Positions 52,379 through 60,131 of a stretch of DNA of 64,000 nucleotides are shown here, one piece after another. The stretch covers positions 63,267 to 127,266 of the forward strand of contig CAWIQP010000006.1 in assembly GCA_963838285.1 (NCBI GenBank). Direction: 5' to 3'. The notes under the pieces were generated by a model. That model was not told the DNA's origin. It was given only the letters and a program-made list of their open reading frames with translations, and did not search any database. Position numbers and translations under genes: made by a program. The stretch's first letter is position 1. Each line of letters begins with the position of its first letter. The stretch comes from an uncultured Chloroflexia bacterium (GTDB lineage Bacteria > Chloroflexota > Limnocylindria > Limnocylindrales > CSP1-4).

Positions 52379-52696
52379 ATGGCCGAGTGGATCTACTTCC
52401 TGCATACGCCCCGCGAGAACTTCGCGGCGACCATGACCGACGAGGAACGGCGGGTCTGGGCCGAGCACTTCGAGCGTCTCCAGCGGCTCCTCGCGCAGGG
52501 CACGCTGATACTGGCCGGCCCCACGCTGGGCAGGATCAACACCGGCATCGCCATCGTCGAAGCGCCGGACGAAGCGGCCGCACGCCGGATCATGGACGAC
52601 GATCCCGCGATCGCGAGCGGCTTCGCCACCGGCGAGCTACGCGGCTTCAACGTATCGCTCTTACGCGGACGCGACCATCCTGACCAGGGGGCCTGA
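52379..52696 (+). CDS. YciI-family protein
   Basis: 105 aa, MAEWIYFLH...ERLQRLLAQGTLILAGPT...AIVEAPDEAAARRIMDDDP. GAGG lies 6 nt upstream. Confidence 0.8.
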   Translation: MAEWIYFLHTPRENFAATMTDEERRVWAEHFERLQRLLAQGTLILAGPTLGRINTGIAIVEAPDEAAARRIMDDDPAIASGFATGELRGFNVSLLRGRDHPDQGA

Positions 52697-52864
52697 GCCG
52701 GCCCGAACGAGCCCGCCCATTGCCCCGAGGGAACGGCCGACAACCGTTTTCGCACCCGCTTCGGCCGATTTCCGGGCCTCGCACCGGCCCCGCCGCCGCA
52801 CCGGCCCTCGCACAGGCCCCGCGCCGCCGTCCGCCGGTCTCCGGCGCCGAACGCGCTCGCTCCC

Positions 52865-53299
52865 CTACTCCGGTAGCAACTCCTCCACCGCGAGCACGCG
52901 CACGCCGGACGCCTGCAGCGCGGCCAGGGCCGCGTCCGGATCCTCGAAGCGGAAGACGATGGCCGCTTTGCCGCCGCGCGAGGCCGCCCCGAAGTCGTAC
53001 ATGTACTCGACGCCGATGCCCGATTCCTCGATAGCCGCCAGCACGACCGCCAGGCCGCCGGGCTTGTTGTCGACCTCGACCGGCACCACCTCGGTCATGC
53101 GCACGACCATCCCCGCTTCCTCGAGGACCTTCTTGGCGCGCTCCGGGTCGCGGACGATGAAGCGCAGGATGCCGAACTGGGCCGTGTCCGCCAGGGACAT
53201 GGTGAGCAGGTCGATCCCGGCCGCGGCCAGCGTCTCGCATGGCTCGCGGAGTTGCCCCGGCCTGTTCTCCAGGAAGAGTGAGAGCTGTTGGAGCTTCAT
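52865..53299 (-). CDS. ACT-domain protein
   Basis: Two ACT-like halves: LSLFLENRPGQL...L..AGIDL and V.V.NKPGGLA.VL....ESGI.VEY.Y. Lies downstream of the paaK-like gene. Confidence 0.75.
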   Translation of the reverse strand: MKLQQLSLFLENRPGQLREPCETLAAAGIDLLTMSLADTAQFGILRFIVRDPERAKKVLEEAGMVVRMTEVVPVEVDNKPGGLAVVLAAIEESGIGVEYMYDFGAASRGGKAAIVFRFEDPDAALAALQASGVRVLAVEELLPE

Positions 53300-53347
53300 T
53301 GGAGGCCTCCCTCGGCGGAAACCACCCGCCGCTCGACCGTGTGTGTG

Positions 53348-54670
53348 TCAGACGTTGCGCAGATCGGTGACCCGCTTGGCCTTGCCTTCGCTCCGCGCGA
53401 GCGAGCGCGGCCCGACCAGCGTGACTTTCACGCGCAGGCCGAGGATGTTCTCGATCGACGCCTCGAGCCGGTGCTGCAGGGCCTCGAGCGCCCGGATCTC
53501 GTCGGAGAAGACCTCCGGCGTGACTTCGACCTTGATCTCCATCTGATCCAGCCCCACGTCCCGGGTGAGGATGATCTGATAGTGAGGCAGCGTGCCCTCG
53601 ACGCGCAGCAGCGCCGTCTCCACCTGGGACGGGAAGACGTTGACGCCGCGGATGATGAACATGTCGTCCGAGCGACGGCCGATGCGGCGGATCCGGCGCA
53701 GCGTCCGGCCGCACGCGCACGGCTCGGGAATGAGCGACGTGATGTCGCGGGTCCGATACCGGAGCAGCGGCATCGCCTGCTTCGAGAGCGTCGTCAGAGC
53801 GAGCTCCCCTTCGGCGCCGTCGGGCATGACCTCGCCCGTCTCCGGATCGACGATCTCGGGGTAGAAGTGATCCTCGAAGATGTGGAGCCCGTTCCGCTCG
53901 GAGCATTCGATGCCCACGCCCGGGCCGGTGATCTCCGACAGGCCGTAGATGTCGTGGGCGCGGATGCCGCTCTCGTCCTGGATTCGCTCCCGCATCGAGT
54001 CGCTCCAGGGTTCGGCGCCGAAGACTCCGACCCGAAGCCTGGAGAAGTCGGTCTTCATCTCCTTCGCCGACTCGAGAAGGTGCAGGAAGTAGCTGGGCGT
54101 GCAGCAGATCGCCGTGACGCCGAAGTCCTGCATGACCATGAGCTGGCGTTCGGTGTTTCCGCCGCTGATCGGGATCACGGTCGCGCCCAGCGCCTCGCCG
54201 CCGTAGTGGGCGCCGAGGCCGCCCGTGAACAGCCCGTAACCGTAGGCGTTCTGGACCACGTCGCCGCGGTGTATTCCGCAGGCCACGAAGCTCCGGACCA
54301 TCACCTCCGTCCACACGTCCAGGTCGGCCTGGGTGTAGGCCACGACGATCGGCTTGCCGGTCGTTCCCGAGGAGGCGTGCAGCCGAACGATCTCCTCCAT
54401 CGGGCTGGCGAAGAGCCCGAACGGATAGGTGTCGCGCAGGTCGGCCTTGACGGTGAAAGGCAGCCGGGCGATGTCTCCCAGCGAGGCGATGTCCGCGGGC
54501 TTCAACTCGCGCTCGTCCAGCCGCGATCGGAAGAGGACGACGCGATCGTAGGCGCGAGAGACCACCGACTGCAGCCGCTGCAGCTGGATCTCGGCCAGCT
54601 GGGGTCGTGGCAGGTAGTCGGGTGCGCTGACCGGGTGGAAACCGCCCGGCGGGTCGTTCCAGATGCTCAC
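53348..54670 (-). CDS. paaK: phenylacetate-CoA ligase family (PaaK-like aryl-acid CoA ligase)
   Basis: HASSGTTGKP AMP-binding motif, YGLSE, LLRYRTRD, SDDMFIIRGVNVFPSQVE. GTG at 54670 with AGAGGAGG upstream. Confidence 0.85.
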   Translation of the reverse strand: MSIWNDPPGGFHPVSAPDYLPRPQLAEIQLQRLQSVVSRAYDRVVLFRSRLDERELKPADIASLGDIARLPFTVKADLRDTYPFGLFASPMEEIVRLHASSGTTGKPIVVAYTQADLDVWTEVMVRSFVACGIHRGDVVQNAYGYGLFTGGLGAHYGGEALGATVIPISGGNTERQLMVMQDFGVTAICCTPSYFLHLLESAKEMKTDFSRLRVGVFGAEPWSDSMRERIQDESGIRAHDIYGLSEITGPGVGIECSERNGLHIFEDHFYPEIVDPETGEVMPDGAEGELALTTLSKQAMPLLRYRTRDITSLIPEPCACGRTLRRIRRIGRRSDDMFIIRGVNVFPSQVETALLRVEGTLPHYQIILTRDVGLDQMEIKVEVTPEVFSDEIRALEALQHRLEASIENILGLRVKVTLVGPRSLARSEGKAKRVTDLRNV

Positions 54671-54732
54671 CGCAGCCTCCTCTTGTCGGGCACAGGCCCC
54701 GCGCACGGATGGCCGGTGACGACGACCTCCGC

Positions 54733-55257
54733 CTAGCTGATTGTGCCCTGCCCGGCGGCGACTTTTCGGCCCAGTTCGAACGCCGCGTCGTTTACGGCAT
54801 GCAGCCGCTCCGGCAGCGCCGCCCTGACGGCGTCGAGCATCGCCTCGGGCGGCAGGTCCAGGTAGCGGCTGAGGGCGCCGAGCAATGCCACGTTCAGGCT
54901 GCGCTTGTTGGGCAGCTCCGCGTCCGGAATCAGGTCCGGCGAAAGCAGCACGCCGCCCGGGCGGAGCAACGGCCGCGCCACCTCGACCTCCGACGGAGCC
55001 AGGACGACAAGGTAGTCCGCCTCGCCCAGCGGAACCATCGGCGACAGCACGCGGGTCCCGAAGCGCACGTCCGAGCTGACGGAACCGCCGCGCTGGCTCA
55101 TGCCGTGAAGCTCGGACTTCTTGACGTCCAGTCCGGCCCGCAGGGCGGCATCGGCCAGGATGTCCGACGCCTTGATCACGCCCTGGCCGCCGAGACCGGC
55201 AAGGACGACGTTGGTCACGCCGTCGGTCACGTCGCCGCGGCCCTCGTTCGCGCTCAT
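54733..55257 (-). CDS. iorB: indolepyruvate:ferredoxin oxidoreductase beta subunit
   Basis: VVLAGLGGQGV..AS.ILA.AA...G.DV...E.HGM.QRGGSV.S.VR.G. The ATG overlaps the iorA stop (ATGA). Confidence 0.85.
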   Translation of the reverse strand: MSANEGRGDVTDGVTNVVLAGLGGQGVIKASDILADAALRAGLDVKKSELHGMSQRGGSVSSDVRFGTRVLSPMVPLGEADYLVVLAPSEVEVARPLLRPGGVLLSPDLIPDAELPNKRSLNVALLGALSRYLDLPPEAMLDAVRAALPERLHAVNDAAFELGRKVAAGQGTIS

Positions 55258-56927
55258 CGATCCTCCAGAGGCAGGTCGAACGCCGCCTGCTCCGCGGCCC
55301 GGGCTCGGAGTCCGGCCGCCTGCTGCTCCCATTTCCGGATGTCGGCCGCGGCGAGGATGCACGGCCTGCGGGCGACTATGACCGACAGCTCGGGCGCGGC
55401 CAGGCGTTCGAGAAGCAGGCGCTCGAACTCCTCGGGCTCGGCGTAGGCATCGATGACCGTCACGCTCTGGATGCCGATCGCCTTGGCAAGGCCCTCTATG
55501 GAGAGTTTGTTGGTTGGTCCGTGGTCCAGGGATCGACCGGTCGCGGGATGCTCCTGCTGCCCGGTCATCGCCGTCGTGCCGTTGTCCAGCACGATGACGA
55601 CGTGACCGGTCGGGGGCGGGTTGTAGGCCATCTCGACCAGGCCGCCGATGCCGGAGTGGACGAACGTGGAGTCGCCGATGATCGAGACGACGCGTCGCGC
55701 CTCCTCGGGCGGCAGTACGTGGCGCAGGCCCAGGCCAACGCCGATCGACGCGCCCATCGCCACGCAGGTGTCCATGGCCCGGTACGGCGGCAGGACGCCC
55801 AGCGTGTAGCAGCCGATGTCGCCGGCGGCGATGCAGTCGTGCTTCTGGAGAGTGGCGTAGACCGTGTGGTACGGGCAGGCCGGGCAGAGCTCGGGCGGCT
55901 TGCCCCGCGCCGGTGCCGGCTCGGGCGACGTGTCGCCGGCCAGGATGCGGCGGACGCGGGTCACGTCGAGCTCCCCGAAGCGGTACATCTCCGGCTTGGA
56001 TTCCACCGCGATACCGGCGGCTCGGAGCGCGTCGGCGATGACGGGGTCGCCTTCCTCCACTACCAACGTTCGCGCCACTCCGGCGGCGAAGGCCCGAATC
56101 CGCTCCACCGGCAGCGGGTTGACCAGGCCGATGCGCAGGAAGCTAGCGCCGGGCGCCGCCTCGGCAGCGTGGAGATAGGAGACGCCGCTCGCGACGATAC
56201 CGAGCGCCCTGTTGCCCGCCTCGACCCGATTGAGCGGCCCACGTCCGGAGCCCGCCTCCCAGGCCTCTCGCTCGCCCCAGGCCGCAATCTCCGCAAGCTT
56301 GGCTCGAAGTCTCCGGTGCGCCGGACGGGCGTTGGCCGGGATCATCACGCGGCCGTTGATGTCGTGCTCGAAATGCGGCTTCGACGGCGCGGCCGCGGCG
56401 TCCTGTCCGGGCCTCACGATCGACTTGGAGTGGCAGACCCTGGTCGTCATGCGGAACAGGACGGGGATGTGCCATCGCTCGGAGATCTCGATCGCCGCGA
56501 AGAAGAAGTCGTACGCGTCCTGGCTGTCCGCCGGCTCGACCATCGGCAAGCCGGCCGCGATCGCGTAGCGGCGGTTGTCCTGCTCGTTCTGCGACGACGC
56601 CATGCCCGGGTCGTCGGCGGTGACCACGATCAAGGCGCCGCTCACGCCCGTGTACGCCGACGTGAAGAGCGGGTCCGCGGCCACGTTGAGGCCGACGTGC
56701 TTCATCGTCACGAGCGTGCGGGCGTTCGCGAAAGCCGCCCCGAGGCCGACCTCGAGCGCCACTTTCTCGTTGGGAGCCCACTGGGCGTTGCCGCCCAGCT
56801 CGTCGAATGCCTCGAGGATCTCCGTGGAGGGAGTGCCCGGATAGCCCGTGCCCAGGGCCACGCCGGCGTGCAGGGCCGCGAGGGCAACGGCTTCGTCGCC
56901 CGAGAGAAGCTGTCGATCCATGCGCAT
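55254..56927 (-). CDS. iorA: indolepyruvate:ferredoxin oxidoreductase alpha subunit
   Basis: L.G.EA.A.AAL.AGV....GYPGTP.TEI...MKHVGLNVA.DP...SSQNEQD.R... plus the TPP motif GDIGCY.LG...GDSTF.H.G. The start is ATG 56927 (GAGGGG upstream) or 56948. Confidence 0.85.
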   Translation of the reverse strand: MRMDRQLLSGDEAVALAALHAGVALGTGYPGTPSTEILEAFDELGGNAQWAPNEKVALEVGLGAAFANARTLVTMKHVGLNVAADPLFTSAYTGVSGALIVVTADDPGMASSQNEQDNRRYAIAAGLPMVEPADSQDAYDFFFAAIEISERWHIPVLFRMTTRVCHSKSIVRPGQDAAAAPSKPHFEHDINGRVMIPANARPAHRRLRAKLAEIAAWGEREAWEAGSGRGPLNRVEAGNRALGIVASGVSYLHAAEAAPGASFLRIGLVNPLPVERIRAFAAGVARTLVVEEGDPVIADALRAAGIAVESKPEMYRFGELDVTRVRRILAGDTSPEPAPARGKPPELCPACPYHTVYATLQKHDCIAAGDIGCYTLGVLPPYRAMDTCVAMGASIGVGLGLRHVLPPEEARRVVSIIGDSTFVHSGIGGLVEMAYNPPPTGHVVIVLDNGTTAMTGQQEHPATGRSLDHGPTNKLSIEGLAKAIGIQSVTVIDAYAEPEEFERLLLERLAAPELSVIVARRPCILAAADIRKWEQQAAGLRARAAEQAAFDLPLEDR

Positions 56928-57020
56928 ATTCTCGCCCCTCGCCGCCAACGTCGCCCGATGCGCCGCCGGGCGCGGGAATCGGCGGCGCTAATCGCGCCAC
57001 GGTGCGGCGTCCGGCAGTGC

Positions 57021-57166
57021 GGCGTCCGGCGTCCGGCAGTGCGGCTCCGGCGTCCGGCGCCATCCGGCAGCGGCCGGCAGGGCGGCTCCGGCGTCCGGCG
57101 CCATCGGGCGGCGTCCGGCGTCCGGCAGTGCGGCTCCGGCGTCCGGCGCCATCCGGCAGCGGCCGG
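57021..57166. repeat. complex GC-rich tandem repeats built on GCGTCCGGC, with a 57-bp block repeated at 89-bp period
   Basis: GGCGTCCGGCGTCCGGCAGTGCGGCTCCGGCGTCCGGCGCCATCCGGCAGCGGCCGG occurs identically at 57021-57077 and 57110-57166. Confidence 0.8.
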
Positions 57167-57353
57167 CGTCCGGCAGTGCGGCGTCCGGCGCCACCCGACG
57201 CCGCCACAACGGTCCGCGACGGCGCCACAAAGGCCCGCGGCGGCGCCACGACAGTCGACGGCGAAGAAGTGTGGCCAGATTCCAGCCAGGGTAGCGCCGG
57301 GCGAAGCCTGGGCGCTGTCCGGCGCCGCCACAACGGTCCGCGCGACGGGATTC

Positions 57354-57543
57354 TGGCCAGATTCCAGCCCGGGTAGCGCGAGGCGAAGCCTGGGCCTCTC
57401 GGAGCGGGCGGAATCGGCCGGAATCACGTTCGCGACGGCCGGCCCACGCTCGATCGAGCGGTCGACGAAGCCTCAAACCGTGCGATCGGCTCCGATCGAG
57501 CCAGAGGTCCCGACCTCGCGCTACACCCATCGGCATATGGCCA
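57354..57543 (+). repeat. copy D of the dispersed element, with an extra tandem copy of its 5' module at 57272-57298
   Basis: Starts TGGCCAGATTCCAGCCCGGGTAGCGCG and ends GCGCTACACCCATCGGCATATGGCCA. The 34 nt at 57347-57380 equal the reverse complement of 641-674. Confidence 0.6.
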
Positions 57544-57774
57544 AGTTCGGCGTGTCTCGGTCACGGCCTGCAGTCGATTCGGCCCAGACCCGATCAGAAC
57601 GAGCGCGGCGCGGCCAGGGGCGCGGTTCACCAGCTGCGGCCGTCCGCGCGCCGCCGCGCGGTGGCCCGTGACTTCGGCCGCGACGCGCCAACGCGGCCCG
57701 CGCGGGGCGAACGCGGTTCCCGACGTTGCCGCGCGCCAGCGCGCCCCGCGCGCAAACGCGGCCCGCGCGCCAAA

Positions 57775-57867
57775 CGCGCCCCGCGCGGCCGGCGCGCCCC
57801 GCGCGGCCGGCGCGCCTGCGTCTCGGCCGCGCGCCTCCGTCTCGGCCGCGCGCCTCCGTCTCGGCCC
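57775..57867. repeat. two adjoining short tandem arrays, 18 bp x2 then 19 bp x3
   Basis: CGCGCCCCGCGCGGCCGG x2 at 57775-57810, then CGCGCCT(G/C)CGTCTCGGCC(G/C) x3 at 57811-57867. They lie just downstream of the mgsA stop. Confidence 0.85.
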
Positions 57868-57898
57868 GCGCGGGCCGTCCCGCGCCGCGCGAACGCGA

Positions 57899-58381
57899 TT
57901 ACAGGGCTTCCGGCGTCTCCGCTTCCTCGACCCCGGGGATCTCGCGGTCGTTGTGGGCCGTGTAGTCCGGCACGGTCCGCTCGTAGGACCCCGTCATGAG
58001 CGGCGAGGAGATCATGAAGTCGGCCGAGGCCCTGTCGCACGCGACCGGAATATTCCACACGACCGCGATCCGCAGCAATGACTTGACGTCGGTGTCGTGG
58101 GGCTGCGGCTCGAGCGGATCCCAGAAGAAGACCAGGAAGTCGATGCTGCCGTCGGCGATCATCGCCCCGACCTGGAGGTCTCCGCCGAGTGGGCCGGACT
58201 GCAGGCAGGTCACCGGAAGGTCGAGCTCACGTTGGAGCATGGTCCCGGTCGTCCCGGTCGCGACGAGATCGTGCGCGGCCAGCATGCCCCGATTGTATCG
58301 AGCCCACTCGATCAGATCGTTCTTCTTGTTGTCATGGGCAACGAGCCCGATCCGTTTGCGCGGCTTGAGGTCGAGCGTCAT
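57899..58381 (-). CDS. mgsA: methylglyoxal synthase
   Basis: IGLVAHDNKK..L.....Y...L..H.LVATGTTG.....E..L.V..L.SGPLGGD.Q.GA.I..G.ID.L.FF.DPL...PHD.DV..L.R. Confidence 0.9.
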   Translation of the reverse strand: MTLDLKPRKRIGLVAHDNKKNDLIEWARYNRGMLAAHDLVATGTTGTMLQRELDLPVTCLQSGPLGGDLQVGAMIADGSIDFLVFFWDPLEPQPHDTDVKSLLRIAVVWNIPVACDRASADFMISSPLMTGSYERTVPDYTAHNDREIPGVEEAETPEAL

Positions 58382-58465
58382 GGGCGAGTCCTTCTCCGAC
58401 CGCGGCCAAAGGGCCGGCCTGTCTGGCCAAGCATGGCAGGGTTTGGCAAGCGGACCCGCGGAACT

Positions 58466-58523
58466 CCGCCCGCGATCTCGCGAACCGAACCGCCCGCGAT
58501 CTCGCGAACCGAACCGCCCGCGG
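58466..58523. repeat. 24-bp tandem repeat x2.4
   Basis: CCGCCCGCGATCTCGCGAACCGAA at 58466-58489 and 58490-58513, with a partial third copy. Confidence 0.85.
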
Positions 58524-58558
58524 CCAGGCGAACCGGGTCGCCCGCGCCGGAGCCCGGC

Positions 58559-60066
58559 TTAGAGCCTGAGAACCAATCGCATTTGGGCAGCGGCGGTGAT
58601 CCGATCAGGCGTTCGGGATGTCGAGCGGCCAGCGGGCAGCTGAACCGGTCCGCGGGCCATGATCCGCGGCCGGACAGGAGTGGTGGAAACGGCAGTGATC
58701 CCGTTGCGACCCGGGTGCCTCGGGTCAGGTGGCCACGGTGGTCGCTGCCGCTGATCGAAGCGAATGGTCCGCATGAGGTTGTGGGCCAGGGCGAACCAGA
58801 GGAGGATCGCTCTGGCCTTGTCTCGCCCCCGGACCCTGAAGCGCTGCAGACCACGATTGCGGGCGATCGCATTGACGCACTCGGCAGTCGCCGCCCGATC
58901 CTTGTAGATCTCCTTCGCCGCCGGCGTACTCATCCGGGTGCGCCAGGAGGCGAGCGCGGGTGAGTCGGATGGGAGCGGCAGATACGGGTCGCGGCTCGGA
59001 TCCTCGGGCGTGCGGACTGGCAAGTAGAGCGTGGTATCGGAGTCGGGGGCGCCGAACTCCTCGATTTCGGTGTTGGCCAGGAAACCGGCGTCTGCGAGCC
59101 AGGCGCCCGATGCGCGGCCATAGCGGCGGCGGAGCTGGCGGACCATCGGCCCGAGCTGGCCCTGGTCGTTGCCGATCGGGGTCAGTCCAGCCCGACGATG
59201 ACCTGGCTGGCCGTGTCTGTTGCAAGCTGGGCGTTGTATGCGGGTCGCCAGCCGCCGTCGGCCATCTTCATGACGCGAGCCTGCGGATCGGTCGTGGAGG
59301 TTCGCGCTTCCGGAGCTGGCTTGCCGCGTTTGGCGTGGCGCTTCTTTGTCGCCTCGATCTCCGGCAGGTGGGCGAGGGCATGGCGAACACGCTCGGCTCG
59401 CTCTCTCGCCGCCCGCTCTCTTGCTGCGGCCACACGTCGTGTGCTCGCCGCCGGGTCGTCGTCGAGTTCGGCTTTGAGCGCAGCCACGTGGGCATCGGCT
59501 TGGGCGAGGAAGCGTTCGAGCCTGTCGCGGCGGCGATAGCTGGCGGCACCTGCCGCAGCTCGAACCCGGACGCCATCTTGGGCAACCGCGGCAAGGGTCA
59601 CGAGGCCATCGGCCAGGAGCGCCGCGACGCTCTCTGTCAGGAGTCGGTCCAGAACGTCGGCATGCTCGACCCGAAAGGCGGCCAGAGTGTGGTAGTTGAT
59701 ACCGACCCCGCCGGCGAGCCAGCGGTATGCGTCGTGCTCGGCACACAATCGGTCGAGCGCTCTGGCCGAGCCGACGCCTTCGAGGGTCGCATACAGCCAC
59801 AACGCCACAAGAATCCGGGGGTCAATGGGTGGCCGTCCCGGATGCCCTTCCACCGCCTTGATCCGTGCATAGAGCGGGCCCAGATCGAGGCCCTCCGCGA
59901 AGGCCCAAACGAGGCGAGCTCGATGGTCGGGGCCAAGGAGGCCATCGAGATCGACCGAGCGAAGTTCGAGCTGGCCCCGGTTCGGGAGTTGGAGCCGAGG
60001 TGCCCCTGCCGCCTCCTCGCGCTCGTCTGGCTCAATGGGCGGAAGATCGAAGAGGCTGTCGTCCAT
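58559..60066 (-). pseudogene. IS5/IS1182-family DDE transposase, frame broken by one missing nucleotide near 59185
   Basis: The N-terminal frame reads ...PIDPRILVALWLYATLEGVGSARALDRLCAEHDAYRWLAGG...NAQLATDTASQVIVGLD*. The C-terminal part continues one frame over as LTPIGNDQGQLGPMVRQL...AWLADAGF...YKDRAATAECVNAIARNRGLQRFRVRG..KARAILLWFALAHNLMR. The span is 1508 nt, which is 3n+2. Confidence 0.7.
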
Positions 60067-60130
60067 GCCGAGAATCGTAGCTGCGATGCGAACCGCCTGG
60101 GAATCCCTTCAGCCGAAAGATTCACAAGCT
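58563..60130 (-). mobile_element. IS5/IS1182-family insertion sequence (about 1.57 kb) with proposed 5-bp target duplication CTTAG
   Basis: One transposase gene fills the element. The ends AGCCTGAGAACC... (58563) and the revcomp of ...GATTCACAAGCT (60130), which is AGCTTGTGAATC, match at 9 of the first 12 positions. CTTAG occurs at 58558-58562 and again at 60131-60135. Confidence 0.65.
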
Positions 60131-60131
60131 C

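Noticed and set aside
56949-57898. Possible CRISPR array in the repeat-rich iorA-mgsA spacer, and likewise at 51593-51796.
   Set aside because: The repeat units are directly contiguous or nested, with no unique spacers of constant length. The units are not palindromic in the CRISPR manner. No cas genes are in the window.
59170-59200. Programmed ribosomal frameshift in the transposase.
   Set aside because: There is no slippery heptamer (A AAA AAG type) and no downstream structure at the shift site. This IS family normally encodes a single ORF. The site is a CC run with one base missing.
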